A DNA stretch of 64,000 nucleotides. Origin: Geosiphon pyriformis uo1 (lineage: Eukaryota; Fungi; Glomeromycota). Position 1 is the first letter of the stretch. Every line of letters starts with the position of its first letter. This document shows, piece after piece, positions 14,595 to 25,767 of the stretch. The position numbers and the translations under genes were made by a program. Under the pieces are notes generated by a model. The model saw only the letters and a list, made by a program, of their open reading frames with translations, made no database searches and was not told where the DNA came from. Where the stretch lies: contig JAAOMT010000590.1 of the NCBI GenBank assembly GCA_016748015.1, positions 186,001-250,000 on the forward strand, read 5' to 3'.

Positions 14595-16064
14595 TTATTA
14601 ATATAAAATTAATATAAAAAACAATATTATATTTTTTTATATAAATTTTAAATTTTAAATTTTTTTATTATTATTTTTAAAAAATTAAATCTAATAAAAA
14701 ATTCTTAAATATTAATATTACTATAAATATTAAAATTTAAATTACATAATTTTTAATTATAAAACTGTTTTTTTTATTTATTAATATTTAATGAATAAGG
14801 TCCAAATATTACTTAGAACAATATATCAAATTAAATAATCTAAACTAGGTACAAATTATGTATTTTCTACACATGACCAGCCACTCGAACCAATCAAAAC
14901 AATACTACAAATCTATTTTAACAGACACTGCATTATTAATACTAGAAAAAAAACAGTAAAGCTAATAGAAACCCAAATACCTCAACAATCCCAAACAACT
15001 TAACAACCCCATTGGAAAGCAGAAATGATAGACCACAAACCATGAGAGACACTAATTTATCATGTGCAATTAACCCTTTTTTTTCATAAACACTCTATAT
15101 TTAGTCTTAACCAACTATATATCAATATGATAAGCTGCTTCCAAGCTCTAAACAAAATTAATAATATATTTACTGGCAACTTTAACATCATTAAAAATGG
15201 ACACAGTCTCTAAAAACCAATTTTAAAACAATACATCTTTACACAAAATTGTATAAAAAACATTATCAGAAATACACAAAGAAAACATCTGCAAAATCCA
15301 AAATAATGGCAAGCTTAAATCTGATAAAACATGCTATTAAGACAAGTATAATACAAGCAGGTTCTTATAAATCTTAGAATCTATCATATACACAAAAAAA
15401 TAATCAAAACTTTTCACTTCTCCACAATATAAACATAACACACTTGAATAATTATTATAATATAAATGCTTCTGAACAGCAACTGATAGGTAATAGTATA
15501 GAGCTTTTATAAAATATGATTGCAAACTGGTCATAGACTTATTTATAAAACCAGCTGCTATATGATAATTGAAATACCAACCAAATCAGTACAAAACCAA
15601 TTCACATCACCAACCAAGCTTTTGTTAATAACATCAAAACTAGAACCAATCTTTTAACAAGCACGATAAACAGCCCCAAAAATTTTCTGAGCAAAATAGT
15701 AAATGTTTCTTAACACTGCAATATTACCAGTCCTAATAAATTTATTCTTGACCAGAACAAAAAGCATTAAATTTAAATTAGCAGCCAAGCCAGCCTGCTT
15801 ATCAGCATGCTTATTCCCTAAAACACTTGAATAATTTTTAACTTTGTACCAAGAAACACAATGCCTTTTTTTTCTAATAAATTCCACAACACTATTCTGT
15901 TTTATCCAATAATAGTTGCAAAAATCTGGCAAAACCAAAAACAACTCAGCAATACAAGTGTCCAAAGCAGCCTAACTGTTCAAGTACACTATAACTAAAC
16001 TCTCAGAAGAAACACACTCCAAATCCAAAACAATAATCTGTAATTCTACTATTATAAAGGGCAC

Positions 16065-16937
16065 TGTTACAGGATGGTCTTCTTGTTATATTTAATTGCC
16101 AATATCCCGTTTTAATTGCAATCAGTCTTTCATGAGTTCCTCAATTCTATTTGTGTGATAATATTACTGTTATACTGAAGGCTTTCTTTTTAATGTCACG
16201 ATGTAAGTTATTTCTTGATTCCTGATTGTTGTGTGTTTATGTACTCTTTCTCAGAGACTGAACTGAAATCTATTCACTGTCTGGAGTCTTCTCTGAGACT
16301 ATCATTGCAATTGCCTGATGTGTTTCTCTAATCTAGAAACACAGAATGTTAATGGCCTTTAGCACTTTTCTTAATTCTTACAATAAAGCTTTTATCAATT
16401 AGTAACAACATGAATAATCTTGATCAAGGATTATTTTTCCAAGGGATTCAGCTGATGAATGATAGTTTCATTCAATAAATAATACAAGTAAGTTTCTTAA
16501 TACTTTGGATTGTGATAAATTAGTTTTAAATATGCTTTTTCATTTCTTTTTGATTTAAAGATTTCTTGGGATATTTAATTTGAAAGTACAATTTAAAGTG
16601 GAGTTTGTTAGATAAAATTGGATCTATTGCTTGATAAGTTATAATTTTTATTACTTGATTGTTTTTTCTCAATATTAAAGCTACTGTATATATACATGTT
16701 TGTAGTTCTACAAGAAAACACATTGTAATACTTTCTTTTTGATATTTCAACCTGGTGTTTGCTGCTATCACCAGTTAATGTTGGCTGCTATTGTGAACTG
16801 GTGCTTGCCACTATCATGAGATGGTGTTTGCTACTATGTTAATTATTATCTTTCTAAGATTATTACTGCATTATATTATGATTGAATAGTTTGTATTATT
16901 TTTATAATTCTTTTTGCTAAATTCTTAAACTGTAACA
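16065..16937 (-). repeat. 3' LTR of Gypsy B
   Basis: TGTTACA...TGTAACA termini; about 94% identical to 24895-25767 by manual comparison. Confidence 0.95.
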
Positions 16938-16952
16938 TTATCCCCTCCTTTC
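16938..16952 (-). promoter_or_regulatory. Polypurine tract of Gypsy B
   Basis: Minus strand GAAAGGAGGGGATAA abuts the 3' LTR. Confidence 0.9.
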
Positions 16953-17657
16953 AAGATTGAGCTTTGTCGAAATTGAAGTTAATTTCTTCATTAAATTCTA
17001 AGTTACTATAGTGGTTCAATACTGTGTTATTAATTTGTTGTTGTAATTCTTGAAATTGCAAGTTGGTAAGTCGTCCAATACTATTGGTTATTATTATGTT
17101 TATGGTTGGGTCCAACAATAGTTTGTAACAGTTTTCAAATGCTTTGAAAATTCTGTAAACTGTTTTTGAATGGAATGTAGTGTTGGTTTTTTTAATGAAA
17201 AATTCTAATAGTTGGATAGTTGTTTTATCAAACACTCTAGTTGAGTCTTTTGAGTATAATATTTGTATGTTTAAGTGCTTTCTTAGTTGATAATAACAGT
17301 AGTTAATTGGAAATTTCGTTTTCAAGTTGCTAAATGTGTCTGGTGCTAATTCACTTATTTCTATTTCTTCCATTATTAATGTATTGCTCAATGTTATCTC
17401 TAATTTTTCAATAACTTTGCTGATAAATTTGTTGTTATGTTTGGTAATATTATATGGTTTAAAATTATGTTCTTTTCTTGTTTTTGGATTTTCTATTGTT
17501 CTTTTTATGTATGTTATTTTGGAGCTATTAACTGTGATTTCCAGATCAGATTTTAATTGTTGTAAGCTTTCAACTAATTGTTGAGTTATATTATTGATGT
17601 TTTTTGGAATAAGTATTATTGTTTTAATTTTGACTGCTATTTTGGAATCTTTTGCAT
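16951..17657 (-). pseudogene. Gypsy B extra 3' ORF (ORF3), unknown helical protein
   Basis: Open frame 16951-17391 extends upstream to ~17640; ATG at 17657 is separated by a probable 1-nt homopolymer slip. Stop overlaps the PPT. Confidence 0.78.
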
Positions 17658-17703
17658 GTGTTTTTATGGTTATTAAATCATTTTTGCTGTGATCTAAGAT
17701 TAA

Positions 17704-19072
17704 TTATCTTTTTGAATAATGTTCAATTAAAACTATTGGTTCTAAATCTTGTGGAATTTGTTTTGGTAGAATTAAAGGTAATTGTGTTCCAATTCTGGAT
17801 GTCTTTGTTGTTATTACTGATTTACTGTAATAGAATTTCAGCTGGTTACCATGTGCTGCTTTTCTTAATATTTTATCATCTAGTTTTAGCTTGTATGCTC
17901 CATTTCCAAGTATTTTATGAATATAAAATGGTCCATCCCACTTGTAATCAAATTTTCCACTCCATTGTTTTTTCATTTTTGTACGATGCAACAATACTTT
18001 ATCTCCAATTTTGTAGCTAATTATATTATCTGGTAACTGGTTATTATGTCTCATTTTTTGTTGTTTTTGTGATTGTTCAATATTTTGTGCTGCTTTTCTT
18101 CTTTTGTTTTCTAAAGTTCCCATTAATTCATATGTTCTTCTAAGTAGTGTTTCCTAGAATGTTGCTTCTGTGATAGTGTCACTTAGATAAGTTGAGATAG
18201 TAAGTTCAACTAGTAATATGGCTTTTCTTTCATAAACTAGTTCAAATGGTGTGAATTGTGTAGTATTTTGTTTTATTGTTCTATATGCTAGTAATACTGC
18301 TGGTATAAACAAATCCTATTCTTTTTCATGTTCATTACTAATTTTCGCCAGTAATTCACATAATGTGCGATTAAATCTTTCAACTAATCCATTTGTTTAA
18401 GGATGGTATGGTGATGACAGTGGTTGCTTGATTCCAAATTTTTGGCTAAGTTCTTTTAAAATGCTGTTTACGAAATGTGTGCCTTAATCTGATAGCAATT
18501 TTTGTGAACATCCATGCTGGTAAATTAAGTCTTCATGTATGAATTGAGCTACAGAAATAGCATTAGCTGTTTTAATAGCTCTAGCTTCTGGCTATTTGGT
18601 AAGATAGTTTATGGCTACTGTAATATAATGGTTGTTTCTTGTTGTTATTAATAAGAGTTCAACTAAATCAATTCCAATTCTGTCAAATGGCTGTCCAACT
18701 TTTATTGGTCTTAATAATTCCATTGTTTTTGCTCCTCCTTTTTATTGGCATGGGTCACAATTTCTTATGTATTGGATTATGTCTGAACTTATTTTTGGCC
18801 AATAGTAATGGCTAGTTGTACATTGGATAGTTGCTGTTTTTCTAAAGTGGCCTGAATGAATATCTGAGTGCATGTTAAATAAAATAGTTTCTTTTTCATC
18901 CATAGTTATAACTCTTAATAGATTATCTAGATTTTGTCGATTCCAGTAATAAAGTATGTGATTTTGGATGAAATAGTGTTTTGCTAATTTTTGGAGCTTA
19001 ATTAGCCATTTCTTTGTTTATTTGTAGTGTTTTCAAGTATTGCCTAAGGTTTTTGTAAAGATGATTGTTTAT
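17704..19072 (-). pseudogene. Gypsy B integrase
   Basis: HSDIHSGHF...YYWP...C.PC, FDRIGIDLV, HP.TNGLVERFNRTL, KWDGPFYIHKILGNGAYKL; no chromodomain seen. Confidence 0.9.
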
Positions 19073-19101
19073 TGTTGTTGTGGCGGGTGGATTGGTGATT
19101 T

Positions 19102-22100
19102 TTATGTGTGTCTCATTCTTGACAAACAGTCAGCATTAGCATTTTTGGTATCTTCTTTGTATTTGATAATATAATTATATAGTGCTAACATTTGTGACCA
19201 TCTGGCATATTTTTCTTTTAGCACATTCTTGTTAATTAACCAGACCAGACCTCTATGATCTGTGATAATCTCAAAGGGTTAGTACTGTAAATATGTGTCA
19301 AAGTAAACACAACTACAGACTACTGCTAAGCATTTAAGTTTATATGCTACATAGTTTTGTTCTGCTATACTGAGACTTCTGCTGACATAAGTAATTACAC
19401 GTTCTCTTCCATTATCATTTTTTTGTGACAGAATGACTCCAAGTCCAGTTCCAGAGACATTTGTAGCCAAAATAAATTTTTTGTTGAAATTCGGATAGAT
19501 CATTATTGGTGATTCAATAAGCTTTTGTCTAAGGTACTTAAAAGCTTTTTGTTGTGCTTCAGTCTATTCAAATTTTACATTTTTGGATAGTAGGTAATTA
19601 AGGGGTTTGGTGATGTTTGAAAAGTTTTCTACAAAGTGGCAGTAGTAAGATGTGAGTTCTAAAAAGCTTCTAACTTCTGAAATGTTTCGAAGTACTGGAA
19701 AATTTTTCACTTTGTCTATTTTTGATGGATCTGGTTTTATTCTATTTTTTTCAACTATGTGTCCTAAAAATGCTAGCTTATTTTTTCCAAAGAAACATTT
19801 TTTTAGATTTAGTTTAAGTTTAGTATGTCTCAATCTCTCAAAAACTTGTTGTAAATGTTGGAGATGATCCGTGAATTTTGACGAAAAAACATTTGTATCA
19901 TTCAAGTAGACAACAACGGATTGCCACAGGATTCTGAAGTAAATTATGTCCATTAGTCTTTGGAATGTCACAGAAACATTTGTTAATCCAAATGGCATTA
20001 CATTGAACTCATAATTGTCATTTTGTGTTATGAATGCTGTTTTATGCCTGTTCTTTGGGTCCATTTTCACTTGTCAGTACTCACTGGTCAAGTCCAGTGT
20101 AGAAAACCATTTTGCTTCTCTAAAAACGTTAAAGATTTTGTCAATTAACAGTATTGGGTATGAGTCTTTGGTTGTTTTGCTGTTTAGTTTGCAATAGTCG
20201 ATGCAAAATCTAATTTTTTTATTTTTTTTCCTTACTAAAACAACTGGTAAGGACCATGGGCTTATTGATGGTTGTATTATTCCTTTTTCTAACATGCTTT
20301 GGACTTTTTCTCTGATAAAATTATGCTTCATTAATGAGACATGGTAAGTGCGTTGTTTTTCAGGTCTGGTATCTCCAGTGGGGATTTGGTGTTGAACCAA
20401 GTTGGTTCTTCCAAATTTGCCATTTCATGAAAATATATCAGAATATTTTAAAATTAATGCTTTTAATTGTCATTGTTGGTCAGGATCCATTGTTCTAATG
20501 TTTAATTTGGCCAATTTTTCTGGTGTAAATTGATAGCATTCTAATGGTTGTTGCCAATTTATTGAAGTGAGTTCACAGTAGAAAGTGATTTCTGAGAAAT
20601 TTAGAATTTCTTGTGGTGTTGATGCATTTTCTAGCTCTATTCCAAAGTATCCAATAATAGTATCTTCCAGAATGTAGACAGGTTCTTCTGTGGTGTTTGC
20701 AATAAGAATTTTTATCTATTGAGCTTTATCAGCTGGAATAAAAAGGTTAGTAAGTCCTATGAGAAACTGTTGGCAAGTTTCTGGGTAGAGTTCAAATATT
20801 AGGTCTTTTTCTTTAATTGTCCTTTTTATTTTTATTTCTGATTTTCCATATGGTAGAAGCATCATAAACTATTCATTTTTAATTACTTCATCTTTTTTCT
20901 TTATTGTTTCAGCAAAATTCTCTTCAATTCCTTTTTCTGTCAATCCAAAACCAAAAGTTCCTCTCGTTGTTTGTAACAATTCCTTATGATTTTCTACTGG
21001 CACAAATTTCCCAATTTTTACCAATGGTAAAAAAATTGCTTGTACAATTTTTTCCTTAGATTCAATGGTATAAGGCTTTTTTGAATTGTTTTGTAGCAAA
21101 ACCATCAAATTTCCAGTGTATCCGAAGTCAATTACTCCTCCTTGAATGCTTATTCTTTTTTTCGCGAGGCTTGATCATGATGCTATTTGAACCATTATTC
21201 CTGGCAGAATTTTAACCACTATTTTTAGGTCGATTTTGGTGATGCTCCTGGATGGTAACGTTGTGGATTGGTCTTCTGGATAACATAGATCAAATTTGGC
21301 ATCAGTTGGATGGACTCTTTCAAGTATTATTCCTAAGTGCCCATTGTCAAAGTATTGAATGTCAATCACTTGTTCTAGGTCGGTATAGGCTACAAATTTT
21401 TCTGACTTGGGACCATTAGATGAGTTTTGTTGATTTATTAATTGATTTTGAGACTGCTGATTCTCAATTTCCATTTTTCTTTCTAAGTTTCTTTCATCTC
21501 AACATTCTTCACAGCACTGATTTTGGCACGGGATAAGACAGTTTTTGCAGAGATAAGTATTGATTTGGGTGAGGTATTGTTTTTGCTTTTGTTGAGTGGA
21601 GCATAGTTGTTAGTAGTAGTTCTGGAATTTGTCCACTAGATCAAACATGTTGTAGCTGGCAACTTTGTTGGCTACTTTGGCTGACTCTTTCTAGCATTGT
21701 ATTTTTTTGGTGGTTTCTTTTCTTACTTTGGCTTGTGTAGTGTTGTACAACTCGTCCTTGTCATGTGAATAGTGCTGTAGTCTTTTTAACACTCTGTTGA
21801 ATGCTGCTTCAAACGGCATTCCTCCTTTTACCCAGTCACAGATGAGAATCATGTATTGGCAAGTTGCATCATACATTCCTTCTCTGTCTAGTATGTCATT
21901 CTAGTCACACCCTCTTGGTAACGGTTTTCCACAAGTGAGACACAGTTCCTTGTCCCATTTTCCATGTCTTTCTGAGTAACCATATTTTTTTTGTTACAAC
22001 AGTTACAATAGTAGTGGGTGGGGTTTCTTGGGTCTTTGTCTGGTGCACTGCACACAGTCATAGATGAGAGTTTCTTCTTGCAAACTGAGCATTCTAGCTT

Positions 22101-24812
22101 TGGTCTGTGTCACTGGTGGCTCCTTCATGGACTTACCTGGTTTCATTCGGATCTTTCTTTGCTGGTCCACATTGGTACGGCTGGTAGTCCTGTTCTTTGG
22201 TCATCAGCCCAAGAGAGCTGATAGGTTTTGATGGCTGGTAGTGCTGGATTTTCCTCAAATTCAAAGATAGATCTTTGGTTGGCACTGGTTTTTTGGAAGT
22301 GGCTACAGGTGGCTGGAATTCTGGCCTGGTGGCCATTATAATTAATTAGAAGCTCTTAGGTGGTCCAGTTTAGGGTGGCATTGGCTTTTGTTAGCCAGTC
22401 ATTCCCTACTAATGCTTGATATTGTGTAGTATTCATTACTAATACTTTTGTAGATATTACTATGCCATTAATTTCAAAAGAAAATGAGTCGATTTTGTCA
22501 TGAGGCAGCTTTGTACTTCCATCGGCTGTTATGATTTGGGACATCGCAGCATAATCAACTTTAAAACCCAGTTGGTTTACTAGTTGAAGCATTATGATGC
22601 TTCCAGCGGATCCACTGTCTAAGATAAGTTTGATTGAAGTATTGTTTACAGTGGCTTCTATATACATAGCAGTGATTGGGCATTTTTTGTCCAATGCTGC
22701 TCCACTGAACATAGCCTCATTTTCTTCTAATTCAAAAGGAAAAATAGCTGTGAGACTGCTATCTTCAGTGGCAACTGCTGGTAGTATTGTCTGGCTCAAT
22801 TTGTTGAAGGAATTTTTGGTTTTGTTTATGTTTCTACTGTCATTGTTTCCGATGATTAGATTTTCCAGTATATTAAGGTAAGTTTGTTGATAATTTTGGT
22901 AGTTTGGATTAGTTTGCTGATTGGTTCCAGTGCAGTTTGGATTCCTCTGAACCAATGCATTCTGGTTCCACATGGGCTAATTTCGGGCTTTGGGATGCCA
23001 ATTCAGGTTGACTATTATGGGCTGTTGCTAGTAAGTTCTTTGATTTTAATATGTGGTAGAATATTGGCATGGTATTGGCATGTACTGGTTTCTGGGTATT
23101 TGGAGTGACATGTAGTAATTATTTTCATGTGCTTCCTGCATCATTCGTATTCGACATTGACTAATCAAATGTCCTACGCATTTGTAAAAATAGCAGGCAC
23201 ACATTTCTGTTCTGAATTTTTGGCACAGCAAGCAATTATTTCAACTGTCATTAACTTCCTGGCTGCATTTTTGGAGTGGTTAGTATGTATTTCTTCTTGG
23301 ATTTAGAATAAGGTAACTTTCTATTTTTTTAGAGAGTTTCTTCCCTAATTGTGTTACTCTTTTCTCTAATGTTTCTGTCTTATTTTCCTCCATTACCATG
23401 TTAACTATTTGACTATGGTTAGCTTCTTTTTCAGCCAATTTAAGAGCTCTGGCGAGCATAACAGCTTTTGGTAAGAAATTAAGATGGACAGGGCATACTC
23501 TTCCTAAAATGCTGCTTTTTAATCCTTTAATAAACTGATTTAAAACCTGAAGATCAGTGTAGTATTCTTGTTCAATTGCTTCAATCTGATGGCAAATTCG
23601 ATTGAATTGAGCAAGATATTGGGTGACAGTTTCACTGGTATTTTGCTTGATAGTATTGAATTTGTTCTGTAGTTGGATTATGGCATTTGGGTCACTAAAA
23701 TACTCCAGGAGTGTATTTTTAAATTTGGTGAAGCTTGTGAGTTTTGTTTCCAGGCTTTGATACCACAAGTCGGCTGTGCCTTTCAGGAAGAAAAGTAATG
23801 TTTGAATTGCTCTTTGGTCATTCCAGTTATTTGCCTGGATGGCTTTTTGTGCTTCTCTGAGTCATGTGTGCACGTTCATTTTTTCTTCCTCTCCTGAGAA
23901 ATCTGTTAGTCTTGCAATGTATGGTGTGGTCATTTCATCGCCGTTTTCTACTGGTGGGCTTATTGGTCTAAGAGAAGGTGGGATGATATTTCCTTAAGCA
24001 TTCCTGAAGGTGGCTTTTTTTATATCTAGTTCTTCCTCTTGATCACAAGTTTCTTGGTTTCTGGACTGGCTGCTTGTTCCAGTGATTGGTTTTGTGATTG
24101 TTTTTTTGCTGGTCTCTTTTTTGGATTCTGATTTAGACTTCTCTTTACAGTTTTCAAACCCCATTCCAAATTTTGGCTGAAAAAAAAAGTTTTGGAATAG
24201 TGATAAATATCCTCCTGTAATTGGTATGTCTTTCCAGTTATGTTGTTTAATTTTATCAGTATAACTAGGAGTTCTTGGCATTTGTAGAGTTGATGTTGAT
24301 AATGATACAGCTCCTAATGGAATTTGTATCTTATTTTCTGGTAAAAAATGATATGATTTATCTTCTGGTGAATAAATACGTTGTTTTTTTATTGATTAAG
24401 TGACAGTTTTCTTTGGTGTTTGAGCAGGTGTTCCTAGTTTTTGCTGGTTACTTTCCTGATTAGTTTTTGAATTTTCTTTGGTTTTGTTGGCACGTTCCTT
24501 AGTGTTTCCTGTGAATATTGAAAAATTTTTGTTGGCATATTGCTCAATTTCTCGATGAATTTTGACAATAGTTGCGGCTATTACTGCTACTTTTTTTGTA
24601 GTGTATTGTGATAATTCTCTATACAATCCAAGTTTTGTGTCATGTGATTCTTCTTTCTTTCCTATATGATAATTTATTCTGGCGTTGATATAATAAGTAA
24701 GAGCAGATTCTGCTGGACAACACTCTTCTGGTAGTCCAAGATCACTTTGATTTTGTGTGTAAATAGCACAGCAGAATTCAAGAACAGTAAGATTAGGGGT
24801 TTTTGTTGCCAC
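19102..24812 (-). pseudogene. Gypsy B gag-pol (N-terminal extension, capsid, CCHC, protease, Cys-rich domain, dUTPase, RT, RNase H)
   Basis: ORF fragments 24396-24812, 23280-23768 (capsid), 23046-23231 (CCHC), 22356-22973 (protease), 20074-20400 and 19564-20070 (RT), 19279-19503 (RNase H); ends NADCLSRMRHT*. Confidence 0.92.
20935..21335 (-). pseudogene. dUTPase domain in Gypsy B
   Basis: HPTDAKFDLCY, QIAS*SSLAK, GGVIDFGYTGNL, KIVQ, TRGTFGFG. Confidence 0.92.
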
Positions 24813-24878
24813 TTTTGTCTCTTCCTTTTTAGCAATGAATTATTGCTAATTATTATTTCCTTTTTAATTTTCTTTCTT

Positions 24879-24892
24879 CGTAGGGTTCACCA
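24879..24892 (-). promoter_or_regulatory. Primer binding site of Gypsy B, probably tRNA-Trp
   Basis: TGGTGAACCCTACG lies 2 nt after the 5' LTR and resembles the tRNA-Trp PBS TGGTGACCCCGACG. The tRNA identity is inferred. Confidence 0.7.
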
Positions 24893-24894
24893 AA

Positions 24895-25767
24895 TGTTAC
24901 AGAATGGTTTTCTTGTTATATTTAATTGCCGATATCTCATTTTAATTGCAATCAGTTTTTCATGAGTTCTTCAATTCTATTTGTGTGATAATGTCACTGT
25001 TATACTGAAGGCTTTCTTTTTAATATCGCAATGTAAGTTATTCCTTGATTCCTGATTGTTGTGTGTTTATGTATTCCTTCTCAGAAGCTGAACTGAAATC
25101 TACCCACTGTCTGGAGTTTTCTCTGAGGCTATCATTGCAATTGCTTAATGTGTTTCTCTAATCTAGCAACACAAAATGTTAATGGTCTTTAGCACTTTTC
25201 CTAATTCTTACAATAAAGCTTTTATCAATTAGTAACAACATGAATAATCTTGATCAAGGATTATTCTTCCAAGGGATTCAGCTAATGAATGATAGTTTTA
25301 TTCAATAAATAATACAAGTAAGTTTCTTAATACTTTGGGTTGTGATAAATCAGTTTTAAATATGTTTTTTCATTTCTTTTTGATTTAAAGATTTTTTGGG
25401 ATATTTAATTTGAAAGTACGATTTAAAGTGGAGTTTGTTGGATAAAATTGGATCTATTGCTTGATAAGTTATGATTTTTATTACTTGATTGTTTTTTCTC
25501 AATATTAAAGCTACTGTATATATACATGTTTGTAGTTCTATGAGAAAACACATTATAATACTTTCTTTTTGATATTTCAACCTAGTGTTTGCTGTTATCA
25601 CCAGTTGGTGTTGGCTGCTATTGTGAACTGGTGCTTGTCACTATCACGAGATAGTGTTTGCTACTATGTTAATCATTATCTTTCTAAGATTATTACTGTA
25701 CTATATTATGATTGAATAGTTTGTATTATTTTTATGATTCTTTTTGCTAAATTCTTAAACCATAACA
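24895..25767 (-). repeat. 5' LTR of Gypsy B
   Basis: Direct repeat of 16065-16937, adjacent to the PBS and followed by the TSD. Confidence 0.95.

Larger units (their letters stand above)
16065..25767 (-). mobile_element. Full-length Ty3/Gypsy LTR retrotransposon B with dUTPase and ORF3
   Basis: Two 873-bp LTRs, GCAC TSD (16061-16064 and 25768-25771), PBS, PPT, gag, LILDSGS protease, dUTPase, RT, RNase H, integrase. Confidence 0.96.

Noticed and set aside
16526-16771. 81-aa ORF repeated at 25356-25601
   Set aside because: Lies within the LTRs across the TATA box; the repetition only reflects LTR identity.
17327-18020. Hydrophobic plus-strand ORFs resembling membrane or env proteins
   Set aside because: Antisense shadows of A-rich minus-strand coding sequence; the same applies to 664-1422, 10256-10813 and 22594-23108.
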